A stretch of 64,000 nt of DNA from Squalus acanthias (Eukaryota): positions 196,664,001 to 196,728,000 of the forward strand of contig CM059427.1 of assembly GCA_030390025.1 (NCBI GenBank). Reading direction: 5' to 3'. Under the pieces are notes generated by a model. That model ran no database searches and was not told the origin of the DNA. It saw only the letters and a program-made list of their open reading frames with translations. Each line of letters opens with the position of its first letter. Within the stretch, counting starts at the first letter, position 1. A program made the translations under genes and the position numbers. This document shows, piece after piece, positions 37,115 to 51,724 of the stretch.

Positions 37115-38750
37115 AAATAAAGGCATATTAACGCACGGAATCAGCATAAATCGTTGGGTCCATCAATTCAATTCCATTTATACTCCATCTATGATTATTC
37201 CATCATGGCTTTCCAAATCCCCACCACCCGTTGATTACTAATTAAGGGACACTAAATTATTACCCCGCCTTGCCATAAAACAAACAATCGGTGACATTAA
37301 TATTTCAATAATTCTTCGTCTCTCTTCCAAACATCGATCCATTCAGCCTGCTTATAAAATTGTTCTTCGACCTCGAATCAACTCCTGTCCCTGTGCCACA
37401 CATCCACTAACCTGTGAAATAACTTTTTTTCTAATCTGTATTCTTGCTCAATTATTGAGAACTTTCTGCTTACTTCGCCTCGTCTTACAATCAGTGTCCA
37501 AGTTAAGTCACTTGTTATCTTGAATTTTATCGGTAGCTTTCAATATTTTAAAGACATGCATACAGATATCCCTCTATCTTCCTTTGTAAAGTGAAAATTA
37601 ATGCAGGTCCCTTTCAATCAAAACGTGCTATACTACCTAAAAGCATCCTGTTCACCCTTCAAACTCTTTCTAATTAAGGTTTAACCCTACTGACCATGCT
37701 CCAGAACTGGCCATAGGATTAATTTGTATAATGTCAGTATAACTTGTCATGATTTGAAAACCATTACTTCCAGACTCTTCTCTATTCTCAATTTGCCTTA
37801 TTACTAACACTTTTACATTCACTACATGCTTTCAGGGTATAATATATGATCATTTCCATAATTATTTATATTTACTTTTTCAGCTTAGGCCAGTGGAGAA
37901 CTTTATTTGTTTATTTTATACAGGCTTACTGATACCTGTTAATATATGTACTATCTTATTTTTAATCCACATTAACATGCATATTTCATACATCAACGCA
38001 ACTTTTGTAATTGGTACATGTCACTCTGAAAATAATCAAGTTTCTTCCACCTCACTACCTGCCCACATACCTCCGTGTCACTAGAAAAAGTAATAACACT
38101 ACTACATCGTATCCATATGATTTATAAATTTTGTGAAAGGTGGGAATACAAATGGATCCTTGAAAAAATAACGGCAGGAAATAGTAACCAATGCTTCTAG
38201 CACTGTGCCAATTCTCATTCCACCTAGACCATGTGCCATCTATTCCATGAGTCTTGAACTCCAGAACCAGTCTCACTTGTGGACTGTAGTCAAATGTCCA
38301 TTGAAAATCTAAGTAAACTACATCTAATGATTTAACTTAACTTACTTACCTCTCAAATAATTCCAATATATTGCTAAGTTGCAGCCTTTCATTTCTAAAA
38401 CCTTTTTAGGTTACCTGTTCTCCCCAGCAATAATTTGTACCATTCTACTAATGGATATCAAATACTTTCTCTCATTGGATGTTGGGTGAACTGTTGTGTT
38501 ATTACCAGTACAGTGCTTCACCCTTTTTTTGAATATTGAAACTGCACGTTGTCCTTAGGTCCCTAGGTGCTGTATTTATAGAACTCGGAAAGTATTAACA
38601 GGTCTCAATTAATGTTTCATTATGACACTTTGTAGTGATTCAGCGAAACCTACAATCTCCTATTGTAATTCCCCACTTTGATTTTAGTTGTGCCAACGTT
38701 CATCCGTAGATTCAGGATGTGCTGATTAAAATTCAAATCCGGGAGAGAAT
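37115..38750 (-). mobile_element. Fossil CR1 in spacer (copy C)
   Basis: Remnant RLVLEFKTHGIDGTWSRWNENW resembles RLL.KIKAHGIGG....WIENWL. Confidence 0.7.
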
Positions 38751-39702
38751 TTTGGCACATTGCATCAGCACACTACCCTTTTTGCTCTCGTGCTCGAGCC
38801 TCAATTCCGACCAGACCAATTGGCTGAAATTAACTTCTCTCATTTTGCTGTCAAGGGCCAGATATTACTGGTCCCAGTCACCTCCCATAGAGAGTGATGG
38901 GGCGTGAGGGAATGGCTGGAGTTGGAAGGTGCAGTCTCTCCAGAAATGGCGAGATTTTTTGCACATTTTTACGCATATGCACGGAAGTCCATTCACTGGT
39001 ATCTAAATATCAGTTAAAAGAGATCCGATGTAGGTGCCAATTCTCTGTTGACACTAATATGATTCAAAATGAATAGTTTCAAATATTGAACTGACATGAA
39101 CTCAGTAATTCTGCAAATTGTCTGAACGCCACCAATACAAGGCAACCTGATCAGTTAGGTTATTCTGGAACTCAGAAACCTCCTGATATTAATTAATTAC
39201 ATCTATCTGTCTGAGACCAGAAGAACGTAGAAGTAAGCAACCTGTTTACCATACCTGACAGCACTAAAATTCTGCTGCCAAGGAAAGTGTCCTGTACTTG
39301 CATGGATATACATGTATGTTCAGTTACTCTCCAGATAGTTAAAATATAACCGTTTAGAGAGTGGGGGACAATATCAACACTTGCTATACATCTAAATAAA
39401 CTCTAGTGGGTTTAAAATTGTCCACAGAATCCTGTGGGCTTCCAGGACACTTGTTAAACCCAATTGAACAATGCATTGGAGTTACCTACATTCGCAAAGG
39501 AACGTAAACACATCCTGGGAAATACCACTAAATAGCGGTGACGCTGGCATGTTGACTGGAAGTGAAATAATAAGAAAACTACGAATGATGCATTTAAGAC
39601 ATCAGTCCCTCCCCTCATTTCAATGTGCTGGATTTCCCCCCAAAATCTGTACATGAGAATCAAATCTTTGAAGATTTTCACCTCTTTTCAGAAGCGCCTC
39701 AC

Positions 39703-42171
39703 CTCATTGTTTACAGTGTTGCTGTAATTTATAGAATTCATTATTCCTGGATTTCCTTTCCCGGTAGATTCATTCTGGACATAATGCGTGTCTGTAGATG
39801 ACCTGCAGGTGTTGGGGTTGATGAAGTCTCTCTTCGTCGTCTGCAATGTTGAACATGACTCGTAGCGGAAACTCTGGGAAAGTGGATCACCCCCAAATAC
39901 CTCAACGTAGTTCGGTGGTATCTGAAGGTTTCTACTGGCCTTTTGAATTCCATTCAGAGAATTTCTTGTTTCAAAGCAGCAACAAACACCCCGGGAACAA
40001 TGCTGTCCTCCCAAACCATTTCTGCTTTTATGAACCTTAACAGCCAGGATAATCAAAATCACTAGAAAAATTATAGAAATTATCCCTAAGGCGATGACCA
40101 AGGAAAGGCTCATATCAGGATTGAATCCAGGGTCTTCAGGAAAACCACTCACATTAGAAAACATTTCACTATCGCTACCCACCACAGATAAGATTATAGT
40201 CACAGTGGCAGAAAGGGATGGTGTTCCATTGTCCCTTACCACAATCACCAATCTTTGCTTCGAGGCATCTTTATTCACAATACGCCGGATAATCCAAATT
40301 TCTCCAGTGTCTGGTGAAATAGTAAAAAGGTTATGATGGGTAGCCTGAAAAATCTGATAAGAAAGACGAGCATTCTGACCGGCGTCAGCATCAGTGGCCG
40401 ATACCTTGGCAACCAAGTAGCCTGGTTCTGCAAGCCTGGATATTGTCTCTGTTGCTGTCGACCCATACTCGGGTAATGGGTGCACGATCACTGGAACATT
40501 ATCATTCTGATCAAGGATAACAACATCCACTGAAACGTTACTGGCGAGTGTTGGGACTCCAGAATCCTGGACCTGAACTTGGATCTGAAAGTTTTTCAAT
40601 TGCTCGTAGTCGAAAGATCTCTGAGCAAATATGACACCACTCTCTGAGTTTATCGCGACATAACTGGCTGCTGGGGCGCCCTGAACTTGAGACTCCAGGA
40701 TAGAGTAGTTCAGTCGAGCGTTCTGTCCTACATCTGGGTCGACGGCTGTCACTGAGAATATAGAAGTCCCAATAACGTTGTTCTCCATCACGTTTGCCGT
40801 GTATAAATGCTGCGTAAACCTTGGTGCATTGTCATTTATATCGGAAACCTCTACCCGAATGGTTTTCTTGGATGTGAGAGGTGGGTTTCCTGCATCCCGG
40901 CATGTTATAATAACGTCATATCTGGAGGTATGGTCGCGGTCCAGTAGATGCTGAATCAGCAGTCTATAATAGTTCTTCAAAGATGAATCTAGTTTAAAGG
41001 GCAGTTTATCAGAAATTTGACATTGTACCTGCCCGTTTTGTCCCGAATCTTTGTCTGCAGCACTGAACAGAGCCACTACAGTCCCAAGCGGAGCGTCCTC
41101 GGAAACCGTGCTTGACAAAGACGTCAATATCACGTCAGGTGCGTTATCATTCACGTCAATAATGTCCACCAACACATCACAGTGCTCCGGTATTGCGCCA
41201 GTACCCTCGTCCATTGCTTGTATGTTAATCTCAAAGGCATTGCTTTCTTCATAGTCCAAATTCCCTTTCACTCTGATTTCACCAGTGTTAGAATCCAGGT
41301 CAAAATGTTCACGGACTTTAGCGGAAGTATGGCTACTGAGCGAATACATTATCTCCCCATTGGGACCATCGTCCAAGTCAGTGGCATTTAATGTGATTAT
41401 CAGGGTTCCCGTGGGTACACTTTCCAACAGGCTGACCCTATAAACCGACTGGGGGAAAACAGGCGCGTTGTCGTTAATATCCTTTACTATGATTGTAACC
41501 TGAACAGTGCCCGATCTTACAGGGACCCCGCCGTCCTTGGCTATTAGCTTTAGCCTGTGGATGGATTCCGTTTCTCTGTCCAAGGACCTCTGCAACACCA
41601 ACACTGGCAACTTTCTTTCCCCTCTGCCCATCTGTACATCGAGAATAAAATAATCGTTCGGGAGGAGCTGGTAGGTTTGTACTGAGTTGGTTCCAATGTC
41701 CGGATCGTGCGCGGACTCGAGGGGGAAGCGCGCTCCCGGTGCTGCAAGCTCTGAGATTTCAAGGCGGAGCTCGTCCTTTGGAAAACTGGGAGCATTGTCA
41801 TTTACATCGAGAATCTCCACTTCAACCTGGTACAGATTGAGGGGATTTTCCACCACAACATCCAAGGTTAACACACAAGTGAGGCTCGGCCCGCATAGAT
41901 TTTCTCTGTCAATCTTTTCCTTAACAAACAAAAATCCATTGTCTAAATTTACGTCCACATACTGTTTGCTGGGCCCGGCCACAATCCGCAAACTGCGAGC
42001 CGAGAGCTGCTTCACATCTAAACCCAAATCGGCGGCGATATTCCCAACAAAGGCGCCCAGTTGCAGTTCTTCAGGAATCGAATAATGAATCCTCCCCGAA
42101 ACTAGATTCCACGAGGAGAACAGACAGAGCAATAGTTGGCATTTCAGCAAAAAATATATTTTAAATCTCAT
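39703..42171 (-). CDS. Clustered protocadherin variable exon 8
   Basis: Intact 823-codon paralog; donor GAG|GTGAGG. Confidence 0.95.
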
Positions 42172-42373
42172 TTCCAGCGTAAAGCATCCCAAATTTTTCA
42201 GTACGAGACCGCACCATTCATTATCCTTGAGCAGTTCTTCGGATATATATTTTTAAAACTCGAAGTTCTACGATGTACCAAATACCTGCACGTTTTGTGA
42301 ATCGCTCGGCTTATTTCATTTGAATCTTCTCATTTTGTCGAAAATTGCCATTGGATTCTTGCACAAATCGTTC

Positions 42374-42582
42374 GGAGCTGCTCGCTATCCAATGTTACAG
42401 TGCGTCTGATCTTACGTGATGGTGGCTGGGTAGTGAAGGGGGCAGGCCGGATCACCAGTCACATCTCAGCTTCTGATTGGTGAACACAGGCATATTGAAA
42501 TTCAACCAATCAGAATATATTCGTTTCTTAAAGCTGGATGGTCATAAACCACAGTAGAACACTTACATTTATCGTTGTTCAA
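42374..42582 (-). promoter_or_regulatory. Promoter of variable exon 8
   Basis: Same conserved module. Confidence 0.75.
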
Positions 42583-42699
42583 TCAAAATATACTACGATT
42601 TATTACAGCCTTGTGGATATTTCTGATTGTTGCGAAAAAATTGTCTCTAGAACACAATTACAACGAATAGTTTAAGATCAGATATAAAGATTGTGCTTA

Positions 42700-44320
42700 G
42701 AAGAAATAAAGGTATATTAGCGTAAGGACCCAGCATAAATCGTTGGGCCGATAAATTCAATTCCATTTATACTCCATCTATGATTATTCCATCATGGCTT
42801 TCCAACCCCCACCACCTGTTGATTACTACTTAAGGGACACTAAATTATTACCCCGCCTTGCCATAAAACAAACAATCGGTGACATTAATATTTCTATAAT
42901 TCTCCGCCTCTCTCCGAAACAGCGATCCATTCAACCTGCTTATAAAATTGTTCTTTGACCTCGAATCAACTCCTGTCCCTGCGCCACGCAACCACGAACC
43001 TGCGAAATAATTTTTTTTCTAATCTGTAATCTTGCTCGATTTTTGAGAACTTTCTGCTTACTGCGCCTAATCTTACAATCAGTGTCCAAGTTAAGGTCAT
43101 TGTTATCTTCAATTTTATCTACAACTTTCAATATTTTAAAGAATTACATGCATGTATAAAAAATTATTTTGGTGTCTTTAATCAAAACGTACTCCAGACA
43201 GTCTAAAATCATGTTCACCCTTCAAACTCTTTTTAATGCAGGAATAGCTTTTGATGAAATCTGCAGGCCGTTCTCCAGAGCTGGCCATAGGATTAATTTG
43301 TACAATGTCAGTACAACTTGTCATGACTTGAAAAAGTACCTTCCAAGCACTTCGACATTCCCAATTTACCTTATTACTAATGCTTTCGTAATGACTGGGT
43401 GCTATTAGGGTATAATATATGGTCACTCCCATGACTATTTTTGTTTGCTTTTTCAGCCTAGGCCCGTGGAGAACTTTATTTTTTGTTGTATACTGGCTTA
43501 CTGATACCTGTTAATATATGTATTATCTTACTTTTAACCCACATTAACATGCATATTTCATACCTCATCACAACTTCTGTAATTGGTACATGTCACTCTC
43601 AAAATAATCATGTTTGTTCCACCTCACCACCTGCCCACATACCTTTGTGTCACTAGAAAATGTAATAACACTACAACACCGTGTCAATATGATTTGCAAA
43701 CTTTGTGAATGGTAAGGATCCAAAAAAGATCCTTGAAAAATGCGCCTGGAAATAGTAACCAACTTCCTCTGTCTTCTGGCACGAAGCCAATTCTCATTCC
43801 ATCCAGAAAATGTGGCATCTATTCCATGAGCCTTAAACTCCCTAACCTGTCTCACTTGTGGACTGTTGTCAAAAGCCCATTAAAGATCAAAGTACACTAC
43901 ATCTATTGATTTACCCTAGCTTAGTTACCTCTCACAGAATTACATTATATTGGTAAGGCGCAGCTTTTCATTTCTAAAACAATTTTAGGATACCTGTGTT
44001 CCCTGGCTGTCATTTGGAGCATCCTGCAAATGGTTCTCAAGTGTTTTCTCACTTAGGGCGTTAGGGGAACTGTTGTTTTACCAGTATAGTGCTTTACCTC
44101 TTTTTTGAATATTGAAACTGAATTAGTTGCCTTTAGGTCCCTCGATGCTATATTTATAGAACTCGGAAAGGTATTAACATGTCTGATTTTATATTTCATT
44201 ACGACATGTTGTGGTGATTCAGCCAAACCTACAATCTCCTGTTCTAATTGCCATTTTGATTTTAGTTGTGCCAACGTTCATCCGTAGATTCAAGATGTGC
44301 TGATTAAAATTCAAATCCAG
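42700..44320 (-). mobile_element. Fossil CR1 in spacer (copy B')
   Basis: Remnant FKAHGIDATFSGWNENWLRARRQRK...FQGSFLDP. Confidence 0.7.
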
Positions 44321-45279
44321 GAGAGAAGGTTGACACATTGCATTACTCACTGCCCTTTTTGCCCGTGTGCATGGGCTTCAATTCCGACCAGACATATTGG
44401 TAGACACTATCATTTCTATTTTTGCTGCCTATGGTCAGATATTACAAGTACCAGGCTCCTACCGTATCTATAGAGTGTGCTGGATTGTGCGCGTGTGACT
44501 GGAGTTGGACGGTGCAGTCTCTCCAGAAAGATTGAGATATTTTGCACATTTTTATGCAAATGCATAGAAGTCCATTGACGGGTATCTAAATATCAGTCAA
44601 AAGAGATCCGATGTGGCTACCGATTCTCTGTTGACACTGAAATGATTCAAAACGAACAGTTTTAAATATTGAACTGACCTGAACTAAGTAATCTGCAACT
44701 TGTGCGAAGCATAACGATACAAGACGACCTGCTGAATTTAGTTTGATCTGGAACTGATTAATTAATTAATTGCAGCGAACGGGCTGATAGCGGAACAACT
44801 GAGAAGCAACCAACCTGTTTACAGCATCTGGCTGAATTTCTGTTGGGCTACCAAGGAAAGTGTTATATAATTCCACGGATATACATGTTTGCTCAGAGTT
44901 CCTCTCCAGATTGTTAAAATGTAAACGTTTAGAGAGAGTGGGAGACAATGTCAACTTCCTATATATTTAACTAAACTCCAGTGGGTTCAAAACGTGTCCA
45001 CATAATTCTCTGGGCCTCCAGGACACTTGTTAAACCCAATTGAACAATGCATTGCAGTTACGTTTATACGCAAAGGAACGTAAACACAGCCGGGGACTAG
45101 TCTACATAACAATGACGCAGGCATGTTGGCAAAAAAAGAAATATTGCAGAAATCTGCCAATGATGTGTTTAAGATATCACTCCCTTCCCCTCATTTCACT
45201 GTGCTGGATTTCCCCAAAGATAACTATACATCCGAATCAAACCTGTGAGGATTTCCCCCTCTTTTTAGAAGCGCCTCAC

Positions 45280-47748
45280 CTCACTGTTTGCAGTGTTGCT
45301 GTAATTTAGGGAATTCATCATTCCTGGGTTTTCTTTCCCGTTAGATTCATTCCGGACATAAGGCTTCTCTGTAGATGACCTGCAGGTGTTGGGGTTGATG
45401 AAGTCTCTTTTCGTCGACTGCAATGTTGAACATGACTCGTAGCGGAAACTCTGGGAAAGTGGATCACCCCCGAATACCTCAACATAATTCGGTGGTATCT
45501 GAAGGTTTCTACTGGCCTTTTGAATTCCATGCAGAGAATTTCTTGTTTCAAAGCAGCAACAAACACCCAGGGAACAGTGCTGTCCTCCTAAACCACTTCT
45601 GTTTTTACGAACCTTAACAGCCAGGATAATCAAAATCACTAGAAAAATGATAGATATTATCCCTAAGGCGATGACCAAGGAAAGGCTCATATCAGGATTG
45701 AATCCAGGGTCTTCAGGTAAACCACTCACATTGGAAAATATTTCAATATCGCTTCCCACCACAGATAGGATAATAGTCACAGTGGCAGAAAGGGATGGTG
45801 TTCCATTGTCTCTTACCACAATCACCAATCTTTGCTTAGAGGCATCTTTATTCGCAATACGACGGATAGTCCAAATTTCTCCAGTGTCTGGTGAAATAGT
45901 AAAAAGGTTATGATGGGTAGCCTGAAAAATCTGATAAGAAAGACGAGCATTCTGACCGGCGTCAGAATCAGTGGCCGATACCTTGGCAACCAGGTAGCCT
46001 GGTTCTGCAAGCCTGGATATTGTCTCTGTTGCTGTCGACCCATACTCGGGTAATGGGTGCACGATCACTGGAACATTGTCATTCTGATCAAGGATAACAA
46101 CATCCACGGACACGTTACTGGCGAGTGTTGGGACTCCAGAGTCCTGAACCTGAACTTGGATCTGAAAGTTTTTCAATTGCTCGTAGTCAAAAGATCTCTT
46201 AGCAAATATGACGCCACTCTCTGAGTTTATAGCGACGTAACTGGCTACTGAGGCGCCCTGAACTTGAGTGTCCAGGATTGTGTAGTTCAGTCGAGCGTTC
46301 TGTCCTACATCTGGATCAAAGGCTGTCACTGTGAATATGGAAGTCCCAATAACGTTGTTCTCCTTCACGTTTGCCGTGTATAAATGCTGCGTAAACCTTG
46401 GTGCATTGTCATTTATATCGGAAACCTCTACCCGAATGGTTTTCTTGGATGTGAGAGGAGGGTTTCCAGCATCCCGGCATGTTATAGTAACGTCATACCT
46501 GGAGGTATGTTCGCGGTCCAGTAGATGCTGAATCAGCAGTCTATAATAGTTCTTCAAAGATGAATCTAGTTTGAAGGGCAGTTTATCTGAAAGTTGACAT
46601 TGTACCTGCCCGTTTTGTCCCGAATCTCTGTCTGCTGCACTGAACAGAGCCACTACAGTCCCAAGCGGAGCGTCCTCGGAAACTGTACTTGACAAAGACC
46701 TCAACATGACCTCAGGTGCGTTATCATTCACATCAATAATCTCCAGCAACACATCACAGTGCTCCGGTATTGCGCCAGTACCCTTGTCCATTGCTTGTAT
46801 GTTAATCTCAAAGGCATTGCTTTCTTCATAGTCCAAATTCCCTTTCACTCTGATTTCACCAGTTTTAGAATCCACGTCAAATAGTTCACGGACTTTAGCG
46901 GAAGTATGGCTACTGAACGAGTACATTATCTCCCCATTGGGACCATCGTCCAAGTCAGTGGCATTTAATGTGATTATCAGGGTTCCCGTGGGTGCACTTT
47001 CCAACAGGCTGATCCTATAAACCGACTGGTGGTAAACAGGAGCATTGTCATTCACATCCTTTACTATGATTGTAACCTGAACAGTGCCCGATCTTACAGG
47101 GACCCCGCCGTCCTTGGCTATTAGCTTTAGCCTGTGGGTGGATTCTGTTTCTCTATCCAAGGACCTTTGCAACACCAACACTGGCAACTTTCTTTCCCCT
47201 CTGCCCATCTGTACATCGAGAATAAAATAATCGTTCGGGAGGAGCTGGTAGGTTTGTACTGAGTTGGTTCCAATGTCCGGATCGTGCGCGGACTCGAGGG
47301 GGAAGCGCGCTCCCGGTGCTGCAAGCTCTAAGATTTCAAGGCGGAGCTCGTCCTTTGGAAAACTGGGAGCATTGTCATTTACATCGAGAATCTCCACTTC
47401 AACCTGGTACAGATTGAGGGGATTTTCAAGCACAGCATCCAATGTTAACACACAAGTGAGGCTCGGCCCGCATAGATTTTCTCTGTCAATCTTTTCCTTA
47501 ACAAACAAAATTCCATTATCTAAATTTACGTCCACATACTGTTTCCTGGAGCCGGGCACAATCCGGAAACTGCGAGCCGAGAGCTGCTTCACATCTAAAC
47601 CCAAATCGGCGGCGATATTCCCAACAAAGGCGCCCAGTTGCAGTTCTTCAGGAATTGAATAACGAATCTGTCCAGAAACTAGATCCCACGAGGAGAATAC
47701 ACAGAACAATAGTTGGCATTTCAGCAGAAAATATATTTTAAATCTCAT
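45280..47748 (-). CDS. Clustered protocadherin variable exon 9
   Basis: Intact 823-codon paralog; donor GAG|GTGAGG. Confidence 0.95.
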
Positions 47749-47949
47749 TTCCAGCGTAAAACATCCCAATCTTTTCAGTTCGAGACCGCACCATTCATTA
47801 TCCTTGAGCAGTTCTTTGGATATATATTTTTAAAACTCAAAGAATTACGATGCACCAAATACCTGCATGTTTTGTGAATCGCTCGGCTTATTTCATTTAA
47901 ATCTTCTCATTTTGTCGAAAATTGCCACTGGATTCTTACACAAATCGTT

Positions 47950-48160
47950 CGGAGCTGCTCGCTATCCAATGTTACAGTGCGTCTGATCTTACGTGCTGTT
48001 GGCTGGGTAGTGAAGGGGGCAGGCCGGATCACCAGTAACATCTCAGCTTCTGATTGGTGAACATAGGCACACTGAAATTCAACCAATCAGAATACTATTC
48101 GTTTCTTAAAGCTAGAAGGTCATAAACCACAGCAGAACACTTACATTTATCGTTGTACAA
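47950..48160 (-). promoter_or_regulatory. Promoter of variable exon 9
   Basis: Same conserved module. Confidence 0.75.
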
Positions 48161-48937
48161 TTAAAATTGTACTACGGTTTATTACAGCATTGTGGATATT
48201 TCTGACTGTTGAGAAAAAATTGTCTCTAGAACAGAATTACAATGAATAGTTTAAGATCAGATATAAATAATCTGCTTGGAAGAAATAAAGGCATATGAAC
48301 GTAAGGAGCCAGCATAAATCGTTGGGCCCATCAATTCAATTCCATTTATACTCCATCAATGATTATTCCATCATAGCTTTCCAAATCCCCACCACCTGTT
48401 GATTACTACTGAAGGGACACTAAATTATTACCCCGTCTTGCCATAAAGCAAACAATCGGTGCCATTAAGATTCCAATAATTCCACGCCTCTCTTCCAAAC
48501 ATCAATACATTCAACCTGCTTCTAAAATTGTTCTTCGACCTCGAATCAACTCCTGTCCCTGTGCCACGCATCCACTAACCTGTGAAATAACTTTTTTTCT
48601 AATCTGTGATCTTGCTCCCATTATTGAGAACTTTCTGCTTACTTCGCCTAGTCTTACAATTAGTGTCCAAGTTAAGTCACTTGTTGTATTCAATTTTAGC
48701 AGTATATTTTAATATTTTAAAGACTTGTATACATTTATCCCTCTATCTTCCTTTCTAAAGTGAAAATTAATGCAGGTCCCTTTAATCAAAACGTACTGGA
48801 TGGCCTAAAATCATCCTGTTCACCCTTCAAACTCTTTCTAATTCAGGTATAACCCTACTGACCATACTGCAGAACTGGCCATAGGATTAATTTGTACAAT
48901 GTCAGTATAAGTTGTCATGATTTGAAAACCAGTACTT

Positions 48938-49669
48938 GCTTTACTTCCTGCAATTTAGTATACTGTATTCGCTGCTCACGATGTGGTCTCCTCTACATTG
49001 GGGAGACCAAACGCAGATTGGGTGACCGCTTTGCGGAACACCTCCGTTCAGTCCGTAAGGGGGACCCCGAGCTTCCGGTCGCCTGTCACTTTAATTCACC
49101 GCTTCACTCCCACTCTGACCTCACCGTCCTCGGCCTATTACACTGTTCCACGGAAGCGCAGCGTAAGCTCGAGGAACAGCACCTCATCTTTCGTTTAGGC
49201 ACGCTACAGCCCTCTGGACTCAATATCGAGTTCAACAATTTTAGATCATAACCTCAGCTCCAATCACATTTATATTTTATTTTTTCCACCCTTTTATTTG
49301 CCCCCCCCCCCACCTTTTTTTTCCTCCTAGAAGCTGGCAGCTGTCCTTCATTCTGCCAGTTGATTTCACACTTCTTTCAGCCTTAATCTGTCATATTAAC
49401 ACCCCCTCTAGCCTTGCATATCTCTTAATGTCTCTTAATGTCTCTTCATCTCCCCCTTTGTTCTTTTATCCCCTCCCCCTTTTCCCAGCTTTACCCTGGC
49501 CTTAAATCTATTTGATTTCCGGCTCTTCCCAGTTCTGACGAAAGGTCATCGACCTGAAACGTTAACTCTCTTTCTCTCTCCACGGATGCTGCCTGGCCTG
49601 CTGAGTTTTTCCAGCGTTTTCTGTTGTTATTTCAGATTTCCAGCATCCGCAGTATTTTGCTATCGTATC
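48938..49669 (+). mobile_element. Penelope-like retroelement 3' fragment (GIY-YIG + hammerhead end)
   Basis: NLVYCIRCSRCGLLYIGETKRRLGDRFAEHLRSV...GTLQPSGLNIEFNNF; absent from spacer C at TACTT^CCAGACTC. Confidence 0.88.
49531..49567 (+). ncRNA. Minimal type I hammerhead ribozyme motif (Penelope)
   Basis: AGTT CTGACGA A AGGTC-ATC-GACCT GAAA CG TT AACT. Confidence 0.65.
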
Positions 49670-51411
49670 CTTCCAGACTCTTCTCTGTTCTCAATTTGCC
49701 TTATTACTAACACTTTTACATTCACGACATGCTTTCAGGGTATAATATATGATCACTTCCATAACTTGATTTTTTTATTTTATACTGGCTTACTGATACC
49801 TGTTAATATATGTATTATCTTATTTTTAATCCACATTAACATGCGTATTTCATACATCAACGCAACTTTTGTAATTGGTACATGTCACTCTGAAAATAAT
49901 CATGTTTCTTCCACCGCACTATCTGCCCACATACCTCCGTGTCACTAGAAAAAGTAATAACACTACTACATCGTATCCATATGATTTATAAACTTTGTGA
50001 ACGGTGGGAATACAAAAGGATCCTTGAAAAAATAACGGCTGGAAATAGTAACCAATGCTTCTAGCACTGTGCCAATTCTCATTCCACCTAGACCATGTGC
50101 CATCTATTCCATGAGTCTTAAACTCCAGAACCAGTCTCACTTGTGGACTGTTGTCAAATGTCCATTGAAAATCTAAGTAAACTACATCTAATGATTGTAC
50201 TTAACTTACTTACCTCTCAAATAATTCCAATATATTGCTAAGTTGCAGCTTTTCATTTCTGAAAACATTTTAGGATACCTGTGCTCCCCAGCAATCATTT
50301 GTAGCATCTTACAAATGGTTATCAAGTGCTTTCTCTCTTTGGATGTTGGGTGAACTGTTGTGTTATTACCAGTACAGTGCTTCACCCTTTTTTTGAATAT
50401 TGAAACTGCACGTTGTCCTTAGGTCCCTAGGTGCTGTATTTATAGAACTCGGAAAGTATTAACAGGTCTCAATTAATGTTTCATTACAACATGTTGTGGT
50501 GATTCAGCTAAACCTACAATCTCCTGTTGTAATTCCCCACTTTGATTTTAGTTGTGCCAACGTTCATCCGTAGATTCAGGATGTGCTGATAAAAATTCAA
50601 ATCCAGGAGAGAAGGTTGGCACATTGCATTAGCACACTGCCCTTTTTGCTCTCGTGCATGAGCTTCAATTCCGACCAGACTAATTGGCTGAAATGGTCAT
50701 CTTTCCTTTTGCTGTCAAGCGCCAGATATTACTGGTCCCAGTCACCTACCATATCTTTAGAGTGTGATGGGGTGTGAGGAAGTGGCTGGAGTTGGAAGGT
50801 GCAGTTTCTCCAGAAAGGGCGAGATTTTTTGCACATTTTAACGCATATGCACAGAAGTCCATTCACTGGTATCTATACATCAGTTAAAAGAGATGGTACC
50901 AATTCACTGTTGAAACTAATATGATTGAAAATGAATAGTTTCAAATATTGAACTGACATGAACTCATGAATTCTGCAAATTGTCTGAAGGCCACCGACAC
51001 AAGACAACCTGATCAGTTAGGTTATTCTGGAACTCAGAAACCTCCTGATATTAAATAATTACATCGATCTATCTGAGACCAGAACAACTTAGAAGTAAGC
51101 AACCTGTTTACAGTACCTGGCAGGAGTAAAATTCTGCTGCCAAGGAAAGTGTCCTGTACTTGCATGGATATACATGTATGTTCAGTTCCTCTCCAGATAG
51201 TTAAAATGCAACCATTTAGAGAGTACGGGACAATGTCAACACTTGCTATACATCTAAATAAAATCCAGTGGGTTTAAAAGTGTGCACAGAATCATGTGGG
51301 CTCCCAGGACACTTGTTAAACCCAATTGAACAATGCATTGGAGTTACCTACATTCGCAAAGGAACGTAAACATATCATGGGAGATACCACTAAATAGTAA
51401 TGATGCTGGCA

Positions 51412-51558
51412 TAAAAAGAGAAAATGCTGGAAATACTCAGCAGGTCAGGCAGCATCTGTGGAGAGGTAAACAGAGTTAACGTTCAAGGCCGAGGACCCTT
51501 CGTCAGAACTGAAAAAAGTTGGAGAATGAGCAGGTATTTAAGCAAGTGAAGGGACAAG
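51412..51558 (-). mobile_element. Short Penelope 3'-end insertion with degenerate hammerhead
   Basis: Similar to 49530-49630; TSD GATGC(T/A)GGCA at 51402-51411 and 51559-51568. Confidence 0.75.
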
Positions 51559-51724
51559 GATGCAGGCAGGTTGACTGGAAGTGAAATAGTGCAGAAAACT
51601 GTAAATGATGCATTTACGATATCAGTTCCTTACCCTCATTTCAATGTGCTGGATTTCCCCAAAGAAATCTGTACATCGGAATTAAACCTGCGAGGATTTT
51701 CCCCTCTTTTTAGAAGTGCCTCAC

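Larger units (their letters stand above)
48285..50610 (-). mobile_element. Fossil CR1 in spacer (copy C'), interrupted by Penelope
   Basis: Paralog of copy C. Confidence 0.65.
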
